A DNA stretch of 64,000 nucleotides from Schmidtea nova (taxonomy: Eukaryota), in the NCBI GenBank assembly GCA_044892505.1, contig CM097882.1, positions 184,202,001 to 184,266,000 on the forward strand. The letters run 5' to 3'. Within the stretch, counting starts at the first letter, position 1. Each line of letters starts with the position of its first letter. Positions 24,901-33,720 of the stretch are shown in pieces. Made by a program: the position numbers and the translations under genes. A model generated the notes under the pieces. The model made no database searches. It had not been told where the DNA came from and was given only the letters and a program-made list of their open reading frames with translations.

Positions 24901-27900
24901 ATAATCAATTTTATTATTAAAATAATGAGTTAGTTTTATATCATCCCTGTGAATTCTCGTCTTCGCTTCATGTACAGTCGTTTTTGCCACATATACTCCT
25001 TTGTAATTTGTTACATAGACTGTTTGACCACATTTGCTCGTAATCTCCTTTTTAATAAAGCGCATGCTGTCCGTTGGCAAGGTTGACATTAAAACCGTCG
25101 CTGTTTGTCTTGTCCACAGTGGAGTTGACCTTACTGTGCCATTTTGTTTATAATTCATATTAAAGTTGTCTGGTCTCTCCCTAAATTGCTCTCCGGTTAA
25201 CTCTTTGAAATTCATTGTTTTCAAATGACCCAGGTTACATATATTGGTTTTAACATCGTAAACGAGGATTGACTCTCCCGTGTGACAACTAGTTTGCTTC
25301 ATATTACAAAATGGGTGAGTTTGTAGTTTTCCGGTATCATCATCAAAAGATCCTTCGAACATTCTCAATTCGGTTAAGTATTCCTCTATTACCACTGTGT
25401 GTTTAATTATTTTCTCATTTATTTTATACGGTTCACCTTCACAGTCACCGTCTGATTTCATCACTCCCTTCACCACTAATGTTTCTCGAATTTGATGATT
25501 TAATTTCGCTTTTAATCGAATTTCAGGGCTGATTTTTAATTCCCCCGTTTGGAAGGCTGTTAAGCAATTTTCCGGCAATACATCCACCGGTCGTGGAATG
25601 GCGTGCATTTTGATTAATGACGTATGGCTCCATTTACCACAGAAGAATACAAAAGTGGTTCGTTTTACAATGCATTCTCTAACTTTGGTACGCCGTAAAT
25701 CTGACTCTTGATACACATGGTATTTTACTTCGTTTTCAATCTTTAATTTTCGAGGGTATGCGTCTGGGCACTCTGACATATCAACCACTGAGTAAATTTT
25801 CCCCATTTCGGTTTGTGAACAATCGTATGCCACCAATGACGTCGTTTGTGCAATAACTGCACATAGAATAATCATCATGAACATTATCCAAGGGAATATC
25901 ATCGTCTTCCTTAGTTTTAGACTTACTCTTCCGTTTAATTGCCTTTGCGGTGAATCATTTTCCGGTTTCTTTCTTTTCTTTATTATTGATAAATTTAATG
26001 TTTTCCACCCTCCACGCTCTCTCAGCCAATTAATTAAAGACTCATTTATTAGTCGAGCCGCAATGTCAATTAAATTATCAAGCTTGTCTGACTTTGTAAA
26101 TGCATGAATACCGATCTCTGAAACAACGTAGGTTAGAATTATTAGCACTACTTCTTTATCGATCCCATTTTCGATCAACTTTTCTATTACTTCACAGTTA
26201 CAAAAGCTATCCTCTTTGCCCAATTTCCGCACTACTCCTGGAAGTCTGATTTTCACTTCATCTACTATTCCTTTCAATTCCTCTTCCGTTTCTGTCTCTA
26301 TTTTTAGAATTGGGTATACGACTCCAACCAAATTTCTTATTACGTCACTTGTTTCTTCAACTTCCTGCTCTAATTTTACTAAGGTTTTCTTCATCTCATA
26401 CAATGTTCTAGTCTTCGTATTCGCACTTTTTATTTCACCTTTTTCGATATTCGTATCTTCAATAACTGCCATTTCTGCTGTCTGAGCATTATTATTAACC
26501 CTCTTTTCACCATTATAACCATCAGTAACTATTTCAATTTCGCTTTCCTTTATTTCTTCTGTTTGCTCATCTGTGTCTGAAAATTCAACTTTGTCAAGCA
26601 TCCTCGAATTATATTCTTTATTTGCGATTATGCGATTTATCAAATACCCCTGACTTCCATTAGTACTTAAATACCCATATTCATCCAGTTCCTGTGGCAC
26701 ACATCCGCAGTCATATAAATATTCATCGTCATCCAATTCTTCCCCTTTATATCTCAGCACTATAATTCCATCTTTACCTAACATTTCCGCAGCTCTTTTA
26801 CGCACTTTTCGAACTTTCGTACACCAGTGTTCCTCTACATACTCAGTTTTCCCAATATCTTCATATTCTATTGCAATTGTTAACGAATTTAACTCAACTC
26901 TATCTTTTCTAAGCTCTTTACCCAATTTTCTCATTATTCTCTTTAAACATTGTCTATATCCCGTTCTTCTAAACAAATAGGGTCGTATCGCATTAGCAAG
27001 TTCTAATTTTTCCTTTTGCCCAAATTCAGATTCCTCTATTAATTTTACTATTTCTTTAATTTCGTTTTCGTCACCAATACATAAAACATCATTTAGCTCC
27101 TTTACTATTTGCATCGGATCACTTCTTGTCATTTCACTGTTACTCATCATACTGGCTATTTGTAATTCATTTTTGTTCCCTGGTATAAGACCACAATCTA
27201 TTAAATATTCATCATTTTCTAAATCTCTATTTTTAAACTTTAATTCGACTACCCAGCCTTCACATTTCTCTCTTAGTCTCCTTTTTAAATCTTTTACGCG
27301 ATCATAGGCTTCACAACGACAAGTAATCACATTTTTATCATTTTCATTAACAACATCAATAGAAATAAAATCTAACCATTTATTTTCTCGAAACGCTTTC
27401 CCAAATTTTCTCATCAATTCTTTAATTTCTTCTCTATTTGTTACATTTATTTGATAATAATTAGCACACAAATTAATCGCGCCTTTCAATTTTCTCATAC
27501 TTAACGACATTTGACTCAGGCTTTTAACCGATACCAATATTTTAGATGATTCTTCCACGCTAGCTTCTAGTAATTTCTCAAGTCTTTTCATCATCATGGA
27601 AGCCTTTTCGCTTTCCAAATCGTCTTTTGTACACCCAGTTGTCGTGGCAGCTTCTGTCATGTCTTGCTGCGATCCATACATCATGTGATTATCCAATTCA
27701 TCATCAGATTCAAACTTGGACATTAAACGATCTAAACGTCGACCCATTTCTTTCACTTGGTTTTCAATCTTTTCATTGAAATCATCTGATTGAACAAAAG
27801 CCACGTTGTCTGTCTGCAGTTTATCATTTTGAAATCTTATTGATTTTTTCAATATAGGTTTCTGAAATTTGTCGACATTCCTCGGGCATGATCTAGCCAT

Positions 27901-29088
27901 GTGTCCATATCCTCTACATGAATGACATTGAATTTGACCTTGAAGGTTCACTCTATCTCTTTGTGGGGATGGCGAAGTTGATGGAGACCTCGATCTAGCA
28001 AAACAATTCCGAGAGACATGTCCTTTCCTTCCACAATTGTAACATTGCACATTATCGTTATTACGCTGATCGTTAAAATTTAGTTTATTAAAACTTTTCT
28101 CACCATTACCCTTCAACCAATCTGGCCACATTCGTTTTGGGCTTCGTTGAACGTTGTTTTTAGACCAGCATTGATTGATGTTATGTCCCATCCTTTGACA
28201 ATAATCACACTGAATTGGAGTTGGACTTTTTGGAGATCTATTTTTGAACCAACATTGATTAACATGATGTCCTATTCGTTGGCAATGGCTGCATTGAATT
28301 GGCCTCTCTTTTTCATCAATTTGAACATTTGTTGATTTATTTGGCTCAAATCTTTGTCTAAACGTTGGTGATGGACTAATTGATTGCTGAAGCCGATTGT
28401 TTCTGACTGGAGTTATGGACCGTTCTCTGGGTTCATTGATGATGGCAAACGATTCTGATTTTGGCTGTGAACTTTTCAGATTTAACTCAATTTTCATCGC
28501 CTTTTTGATTAACTCATCAAAGTTATTGAAGTCCACATAACATAATGCCTTTTTGATCTCCTTTTTGACTCCCGTTAAGAACTGGTCTTGTAGCAATTCT
28601 TTCACCTGCTTTGCCACTTCAATCTGTTCCGGCTTTACTTCGAATGCTTTCTCTGCAAGAGTAGTCAAGTGGTACGCAAATTCACTTACCGATTCCTCTG
28701 ATTTTTGCACTCGATTATAGAACTTCTGCCGCATTATCCGTTTTATATCCCCTCCAATTAGTTTCGCGGCTAAGGCATCTTTCAATTTCGTCCAGTCATT
28801 CGCAATTGTTCTTTTGTCAATTTGTTGCCAGGCTTCTCTCGCTGCTCCCTTTAGATATAGTGGCAATCTTTGCACCATTGTCGCTTGGCTCCATCCATAG
28901 GCTGTAGCGTACATGTAGTAATCCGCCATAAAATCAACGAATTCCCCTGGATCGCCTCCATACTGATTTACTGGCAGTTTCTGGCAGCTAGCATAGTCAT
29001 TGCCATTGCCGTTGCTGGTGGACATGTGCGTATCATCCTGATTGTTTGTATTACTCATTTTTGTTTCTGGTTGTTTATTACTTCTCAA
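18973..29088 (-). CDS. Single polyprotein: Gag(4 CCHC)-Ubl-Ubl-Bcl2-like-glycoprotein-PR-RT-RNaseH-IN-membrane tail (first ATG 29058)
   Basis: Uninterrupted 3371 codons. Four CX2CX4HX4C knuckles (about 27885-28295), LLDSGS, FCVDYRKLN, YIDDII, TDAS, HHCC, DIVGP/DQGTNF/ERFNGT and GPY. Internal signal peptide followed by AYDC. Confidence 0.93.
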   Translation of the reverse strand: MRSNKQPETKMSNTNNQDDTHMSTSNGNGNDYASCQKLPVNQYGGDPGEFVDFMADYYMYATAYGWSQATMVQRLPLYLKGAAREAWQQIDKRTIANDWTKLKDALAAKLIGGDIKRIMRQKFYNRVQKSEESVSEFAYHLTTLAEKAFEVKPEQIEVAKQVKELLQDQFLTGVKKEIKKALCYVDFNNFDELIKKAMKIELNLKSSQPKSESFAIINEPRERSITPVRNNRLQQSISPSPTFRQRFEPNKSTNVQIDEKERPIQCSHCQRIGHHVNQCWFKNRSPKSPTPIQCDYCQRMGHNINQCWSKNNVQRSPKRMWPDWLKGNGEKSFNKLNFNDQRNNDNVQCYNCGRKGHVSRNCFARSRSPSTSPSPQRDRVNLQGQIQCHSCRGYGHMARSCPRNVDKFQKPILKKSIRFQNDKLQTDNVAFVQSDDFNEKIENQVKEMGRRLDRLMSKFESDDELDNHMMYGSQQDMTEAATTTGCTKDDLESEKASMMMKRLEKLLEASVEESSKILVSVKSLSQMSLSMRKLKGAINLCANYYQINVTNREEIKELMRKFGKAFRENKWLDFISIDVVNENDKNVITCRCEAYDRVKDLKRRLREKCEGWVVELKFKNRDLENDEYLIDCGLIPGNKNELQIASMMSNSEMTRSDPMQIVKELNDVLCIGDENEIKEIVKLIEESEFGQKEKLELANAIRPYLFRRTGYRQCLKRIMRKLGKELRKDRVELNSLTIAIEYEDIGKTEYVEEHWCTKVRKVRKRAAEMLGKDGIIVLRYKGEELDDDEYLYDCGCVPQELDEYGYLSTNGSQGYLINRIIANKEYNSRMLDKVEFSDTDEQTEEIKESEIEIVTDGYNGEKRVNNNAQTAEMAVIEDTNIEKGEIKSANTKTRTLYEMKKTLVKLEQEVEETSDVIRNLVGVVYPILKIETETEEELKGIVDEVKIRLPGVVRKLGKEDSFCNCEVIEKLIENGIDKEVVLIILTYVVSEIGIHAFTKSDKLDNLIDIAARLINESLINWLRERGGWKTLNLSIIKKRKKPENDSPQRQLNGRVSLKLRKTMIFPWIMFMMIILCAVIAQTTSLVAYDCSQTEMGKIYSVVDMSECPDAYPRKLKIENEVKYHVYQESDLRRTKVRECIVKRTTFVFFCGKWSHTSLIKMHAIPRPVDVLPENCLTAFQTGELKISPEIRLKAKLNHQIRETLVVKGVMKSDGDCEGEPYKINEKIIKHTVVIEEYLTELRMFEGSFDDDTGKLQTHPFCNMKQTSCHTGESILVYDVKTNICNLGHLKTMNFKELTGEQFRERPDNFNMNYKQNGTVRSTPLWTRQTATVLMSTLPTDSMRFIKKEITSKCGQTVYVTNYKGVYVAKTTVHEAKTRIHRDDIKLTHYFNNKIDYLFHFSQNTMENIYREMILNDCKLNKEILRNRMAMAVTNPNLVAPMLISENGVFARIFGEALYSYRCKEITVKIAKYEKCTNELPVSVGGKLRFMEPITRILLEEQVKPKTLQCNRLLAPLYRLAQDSWIALPDYRGVRTPDKLELTNLEYLINFTSMNKMAQMGLYASEDIEEAQRNLLFPSKKERVISEMIDTILPNGEGKVNYEYLLTPDHFKRATYKTMEKIWGKFMFLGQACAGLIGIYVIAVTVKVIISQVLSTHRIYTISGWSWKMIIGCIPFLARFFITSHQYKEMANVRAQLRNDQKSEESLCDHEDKNNGPDNENGGGRSEQNNFRRSIMKSRIEPETRFLLEPMPKLTGIDTLSKWYTPTLIPTAPIYPSEKLREMKPVDEIKIELEKIEPSSAEIERKNMLELPCSYALMTIEIGGKQPRISIQFNERKVEALLDSGSSHSIVSESFLTRQEKAKIKPTTKIIKSMTHNVLNIIGKLEVKLNIGNQEVIHWVSVMRKSPVKCLIGMDIMEQLQGISLDLKTGKLIKRQTDEVVHEAGEVFLNQTLEVPPKSEVIYYANVENVSEEECIFEPNQKLIEKYDVPMCDEIVKIKDKTVPVRIANCSTKSVQMKPKTKLGKLSKLKGEEVQKLPRNIKIYKEPQVTSDDLTEAQRQEFAALLKRYKNAFAKHEYDLGLTQIIEHEIPLLDETPIKIRPYRIPYIHQEESDRQIKAMKEFKIIRDSSSPFSSSIVVVKKKDGELRFCVDYRKLNQVTRKDTYPIPVPQEMFDQMGEVQFFTVIDLNKGYNQFKVKEEDRRKTAFSDGKGLYEFNVLPFGLTGAPATFQRGMNFVLRDIPHALVYIDDIIIFSNNFQGHLKDVEIVFKRLIEANLKIKPSKCEWGKSEVVYVGHIISRRGLQPKSENVEKIKKYPIPKDADQVRQFLGLASYYRKFIRNFSHVAQPLNMLLKKQTKFKWATAQQEAFDKLKESLIKQPILRCPNFKKPFILMTDASNFALGAVLGQQVEGEKDHVIAYASRSLKPHEKNYSTIEKEIKTNFRQYFVGRKFIVFTDHNPLQWLMKHRDSASKLIRWSIALQEYDFEIKYRTGKSNGNADAMSRIPEENIIQNEVNYENTIFMAIKTANNMKELQGDQENDVELNQLRKHAVTIKRESDWKHIAEEKHKYVLHEGLLKCVKNENVLIVVPAKHRTALLLLYHDGALGGHLSARKTLSRLKQKYYWDTIEQDVRQWCHTCEVCLTRRNTGRKIKVPLKPMTVPVAPMEMTAMDIVGPLPETTNGNKYIIVFCDYLTKWPEAYAMQNQKAETVAKIFVENIIFRYGAPRKLLTDQGTNFQSELFKSITELFGILKLNTSPYHPQTDGLVERFNGTLINMISSYVNRKQKDWDLFIKPCLFAYRNAVNESTGETPFYLMYLRRNNMPIDLKFQPPISQYMEVSDYKVVMQERLQSVWVKAGLKIRHNQEAYKECYDKRAHAHDIKVGDLVYINKPEPTKGLSTKLQRPFKGPYLVCDTTETNLKLRPQNNKKAGTIVIHVNRCKKVPLEERYPLRSKPSNGEKEKVIKQKFTKNPTQLNYLSKTLLITTVMMINILCASAIRTFPAYAMKKVPLLEKIDVYSTCTQIVWIYYCEATEEIEINNLLNYFEPPVKLNYNKNTHVARELAMNYKYPWIITRVNLKDNLTRVHDLIRVNVWTKRLQDRVSIEPVINGINVYWNSHESQQVKTVFQNHAIDTLNSRKPFIKYVNLKLFQMYNIQIQYFEKSLYENGTDSTDQWVLIHSSQHTINLINETNRVIFHVYNQTINVTRQTYPNQRAVLYYCGKVQGILENRKESKILSFRQLRSKSNSKIVLIKIKYYRRAKYSNLWQLTLVEDKFVRVSYTEMDSYPQKLNQSTRITTAHIKVLNPSNKTISASPTENEFLCVRLLITIIIITIFVIILISVIIFEIRKAERHSTNQSEAPRPWIDYEETFV

Positions 29089-29340
29089 TTCGTAATATGT
29101 TCGGTTTGGTACAACTTTTTCTCTTCTAAATTTTAATATATCAATTATAAATTTTACCTTTTATTTTAATTTCAACAGTATAAATCTTTCCACAATTATC
29201 AACAAACTTTTATCAATCCTTGATTCGATTTACTGACTTTTTTCTTTTAATCAATTTCACAATTTCCAAACTTTTTAGCAACTTTTAATTTCTTTTTGCC
29301 AATAAATATTCGATTTCTTTTTGCAACGCTTCACCGACTT

Positions 29341-29360
29341 TGATCTCGTCGGGCTCACCA
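29341..29360 (-). promoter_or_regulatory. Primer binding site of element 1 (tRNA-Trp-like)
   Basis: TGGTGAGCCCGACGAGATCA, 4 nt inside the 5' LTR. It is complementary to a tRNA 3' end; the Trp identity is inferred. Confidence 0.75.
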
Positions 29361-29364
29361 AATA

Positions 29365-30197
29365 TGTTGGGTTATTGGTGTTAAGTCGGTAGTTTCTGAC
29401 TCCGGTGTTCTCTTTCAATTACAAAATAAACAAGACCCAACACAATAACTTTCTTTATTTGTCAATTGATCACAACTCTTTTTATCACAAAAAGTTACGC
29501 CGGTTCTGCACTCTTCGCGTGAGGGTAGAACACCCAATGGGATATCTCCCTCTCTGACACGCAATAGATTAAGTATAAACTCTACTTTTGATTTTCTTTC
29601 GACGTCTCCTTCAAATGTCTTCTAACGATTTGCTTCACGTTGCCTACTTTTATTCTTCAATCGGTTGGCCTCGAAACTTTGACTTTGACCACATGGCGAT
29701 ATCGGCAATTTGCTCTCCGTTTATATACTATTTTTTTGTTGTCATCCTGTCGGCTTAATTGGATCTGGAGAAAATGAGATAATTAAATTTGTTTGACCGC
29801 CGCCTAATTGAGTTTCGCCGCTAATGGTTTTTCGTCTCTTCCCGGGGCATTAAATTTATTTCGATAATTAAATGATTTTGTTGATGCCCCGGGTTTCCCA
29901 TAAGCTCGGGTTTCCCATTGGCTCGGGTTTTCCATTAGACGATTAATTATTTTTTAATTAATTTGTATTTTCTTAATTTATCTTTCTGGGGGTCCCATTT
30001 CAATTTTATATACCCATATTTGAATTCGTCTCATCATTTGGCATCTTCCCATACCAGTTTCCCCCGCTCAAACTTTATTTTAATTTTTTTAATTAATTTT
30101 AAATTAATCTTTGAACATTAATTATTTTTAAAATTTTGTATTTTTATTGATTTGTGCAATTACAAATTTAGTTTCTGTGATTTTCACAACCCCAACA
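29365..30197 (-). repeat. 5' LTR of element 1
   Basis: Near-identical to 13555-14387. Confidence 0.96.
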
Positions 30198-30667
30198 AAT
30201 GTATTTTTGTTTGATATTAATTTTAATTTTACTGATTATTTAAAGATTTTAACTGATTAATATAGATTTTATTGTAAAACTAGTTAAACACATGTTACTT
30301 TAGTTAGGTCACGAGTGTAAAATTTATTTGAATTTAAATTCTTGTTTTGGTGAAATTAAATAGTTTTTAGATTTATGTGAATAAAATCAATTTTTAACAC
30401 AATAAGACTGTAAACATTATAAGATTGATCAAAATAATGACAAGAGTTACAAAAAAATCAATAAAAGTTTGCTATATTGATGGGTTTATTTTAAAACAAA
30501 ATAGATAAATTCGGGTTAAAAAGTAATGATTAACATGTGTAAAATGACCTGTGTGTATGATTCATGTTATGCGTGTGTCATGTATTGCGATTATATTGAG
30601 CTTATATTATTCTTGCGCTTATATTGAACGAAATGTTTTTTCAAAAGTAAATACTATAAAATACATG

Positions 30668-31461
30668 TGTTGGGGTTGTTAAAATTTACAAAAAATAAAT
30701 TTAAATTGCACAAATCAATTAAATTACAAAAATTGAAAAAAAATAATTATTGCGCAAACATTAATTTAAAATTGATAAAAATTCAAAATACAGATTGGGA
30801 GAGTGAGACTGGTATGGGAGGATGCCAAATGATGAGACGAATTCGAAAATTGGTATATACAAAAAAGGGGGTCCCCAGAAAGAAATATTTAGAAAATACA
30901 AATTAATTAAAATAATTAATTACTCTATAGGAAACCCGTGCTAATGAGAAACCCGAGCTAGTAGGAAACCATAGTCGATGTGGGGAACCTGGGTCATCAA
31001 CAAAACGATTAATTAAAGTAAATGGAATAATTGAAGGGTTCTCCGGGGAAACCTACTTAGCGGCAACTCCCAATTAATTTTGTAATTGACAGATCCATTA
31101 AGGTGTGACAGGAACAATCAAAAAAACACTATAAAAGGCAAGTCAAAATTGCAGTACTCGCCAGTTGGTCGAAGAAAAATCTAAAAGAGTTTAACGAGGA
31201 ATCTGCAAGTGGAAAAGGAAGCAGAAACGGTAATAAGTTATAAAATATCGATCGTTCAATTTCCTGCGTACCAGAAAGGGAGATATCCCATTTGGTGTTC
31301 TACCCTCACGCAGAAGAGTGCAGACACTATTGGAACTTTCTGTGATTTATATTGTTGTGATATTGTTGAAAATAAAGATTACTCAGTTGGGTCTAATTTG
31401 TTTTGTGAACGAAAGAACACCAGAGTCAGATACCAACCAAATTCTCATTAATAACCCAACT
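30668..31461 (+). mobile_element. Solo LTR, diverged relative of element 1, opposite orientation
   Basis: Starts TGTTGGGGTTGT and ends AATAACCCAAC. Colinear similarity throughout. Flanks CATG/TATG (near-TSD). Confidence 0.85.
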
Positions 31462-32379
31462 TATGTAATTAAAAATCAAATTAAAAAACAAATTAAACAT
31501 TTATTATTTATCAATAATGAATGAACAGTTTTCAGCAATAGTTGAACAGTTATCAAAAATGTTTGACATTTTATCTACAATAATTGCAAATGATATTTTC
31601 TCAACTCATTTTTTAGAATCCAACCGATCAACGCAACTTTCACATCGATATATACAAGGTTCATGATATATTACTACCAATAGTTCCTGACATTGGCGTA
31701 CCTAAAGGGGGCGCGGTGGATGCGGTCCGCATCGGGCGGCATTTTTTATGTTTATTAAACTTTAGATTATACACTTTAGACTGTAGAACTATTAGTTATA
31801 TTATTTAAATATAAACATAATATAAATTGCTCAATCTTTATTACGTTCTTATTAATTACTATTAATGAATTGTATTTTACTTGTGAATTAATATATAAAA
31901 TATATATATAAACCTATTGTTATTAGTATTATAGCATTAATAACGGGGCCTATTATAGTTTTCCAAGTATCTTATAGAAAACTGTTCCCGCCCGAATCAT
32001 AGAAAACGGTATACAATTAGTTGTTTACATGTGATATGACCTCGGATTTGATTTGTTTCTAAATATGTTACTATATTTTTTCTATATCAAATGTACTATT
32101 AAAGTGAACTGTATATAATTTTTTTATTATTTAAAATAATATTAAAATTAATAATATAAATAATCGTTTAAATTTAAAAATTAAATTCAAATTTCTATTT
32201 ATAAATATAGAATAAAAAAAATTTAATGCAATTTATTTGTAAATTAGGTGTATATTTGTTTTCATAAGTTGCCTCCATAAGTTTTTTACTTATTTTTCGA
32301 TGCATTGAAACAAAAAATTAATTTTACTTCTACCAGTCCATTAATAATTTAAGGAAATTTAAGAAGATTCATATATATA

Positions 32380-33407
32380 TTATTAATGTCTATGCGCTGT
32401 TCAAATTGAGTTTAGTTGTTTGTGTATATGAACGTTTACGAATGGGAAGAAGAGTTGTAGGACCCGAGAGAGTCAGCCCGATTGTTGTGGGGACACTCGG
32501 GGTGTATGCTGTGTATTGGTAGATTATAAGTGACACAATAAAATAATAAACAATGTGATAAATTAATTATTAACTATAACCAGATATTGTCAAATATACA
32601 ATTTTACAGAAGTTACTTTATAGAGTTTCGGAGATAATTAGGTAGTCGTCGACGAGGGAGATTGTAAGTTGGAAAACTATATGAACTTTGATAAATCTTC
32701 TGTATAAATAAAATTGGCTTGAATTTACAAAATATTTCAGAATAGGAAATTCAATGTCTTGGCTTTCTCTTTTCAGACTTCGTTTACAAAATATTTCAGA
32801 ATAGGAAATTCAATGTCTTGGCTTTCTCTTTTCAGACTTCGTTTACAAAATATTTCAGAATCGGAAATTCAATATCTTGGCTTTCTCTTCTCAGACTTCG
32901 TTTACAAAATATTTCAGAATAGGAAATTCAATATCTTGGCTTTCTCTTTTCAGTCTTCGTTTACAAAATATTTCAGAATAGGAAATTCAATATCTTGGCT
33001 TTCTCTTTTCAGTCTTCGTCTACAAAATATTTCAGAATCGGAAATTCAATATCTTGGCTTTCTCTTTTCAGTCTTCGTCTACAAAATATTTCAGAATCGG
33101 AAATTCAATGACTTGGCTTTCTCTTTTCAGTCTTCAGATGAATTATATTATTATTGCATAATTTTTTTAAAATCAATTTTTTATTAATTCTGAATTCAGC
33201 TTACTATAGTTTCCTATAGTAAGCTATTTGAATTCAGAATTTAAATTTTATAGTTTAAATTATTTAATTATTTAATTATTTTACAATAAATAAAAATAAA
33301 AAGGGGGGTTCCTGGTGACCGCGAGGGCACCGTCCATAGTAATGACGGCGCTTACAAACTCTTAAAAGAATAATTACATAAAATAAACATAAAACAAGAC
33401 ATCCACA
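32380..33407 (-). repeat. 3' LTR of element 2 (seven 59-bp units, 32724-33135)
   Basis: Direct repeat of 38162-39129. The 59-bp period was measured from coordinates. Confidence 0.92.
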
Positions 33408-33410
33408 TAA

Positions 33411-33420
33411 CTTCCCCCTT
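33411..33420 (-). promoter_or_regulatory. Polypurine tract of element 2
   Basis: AAGGGGGAAG just before the LTR start TGTGGATG. Confidence 0.85.
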
Positions 33421-33720
33421 TAAATCCGGAGGTTAACAAGAACATAAAAAAATAACATTAATATTTGCCTCGCATTTACAAATTACTTAAATTTTACCTA
33501 TTTACACAACCGGTAACTTAAAACTTTTTATTCTTTTTTTTTTTTTTTATTATGTTTTGTTTTTTTTGTTTTGTTTTGTTGGGTTACAATTTAACAACAT
33601 AAATTACATAATTACATAGAACATAAAAATCTGTAACTTTTACATCTTTACACAAAAAATAAAAACTGTACATTTCGCTGTGTTGTGCTTGTGTTTTGCT
33701 CGTGTATGTTTGAGTATTTT

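Larger units (their letters stand above)
13555..30197 (-). mobile_element. Giant (16.6 kb) Ty3/Gypsy-type LTR retrotransposon/metavirus with envelope-like and accessory cargo
   Basis: Two 833-bp TG...CA LTRs, 4-bp TSD AATG (13551-13554 and 30198-30201), PBS, PPT and PR-RT-RH-IN domain order. Confidence 0.96.

Noticed and set aside
19869-29136. Short plus-strand ORFs antisense to the polyprotein
   Set aside because: Expected shadows of a long coding strand, with no motifs.
32724-33135. 59-bp repeats as a CRISPR array
   Set aside because: Head-to-tail units with no unique spacers, located inside an LTR in a eukaryotic context.
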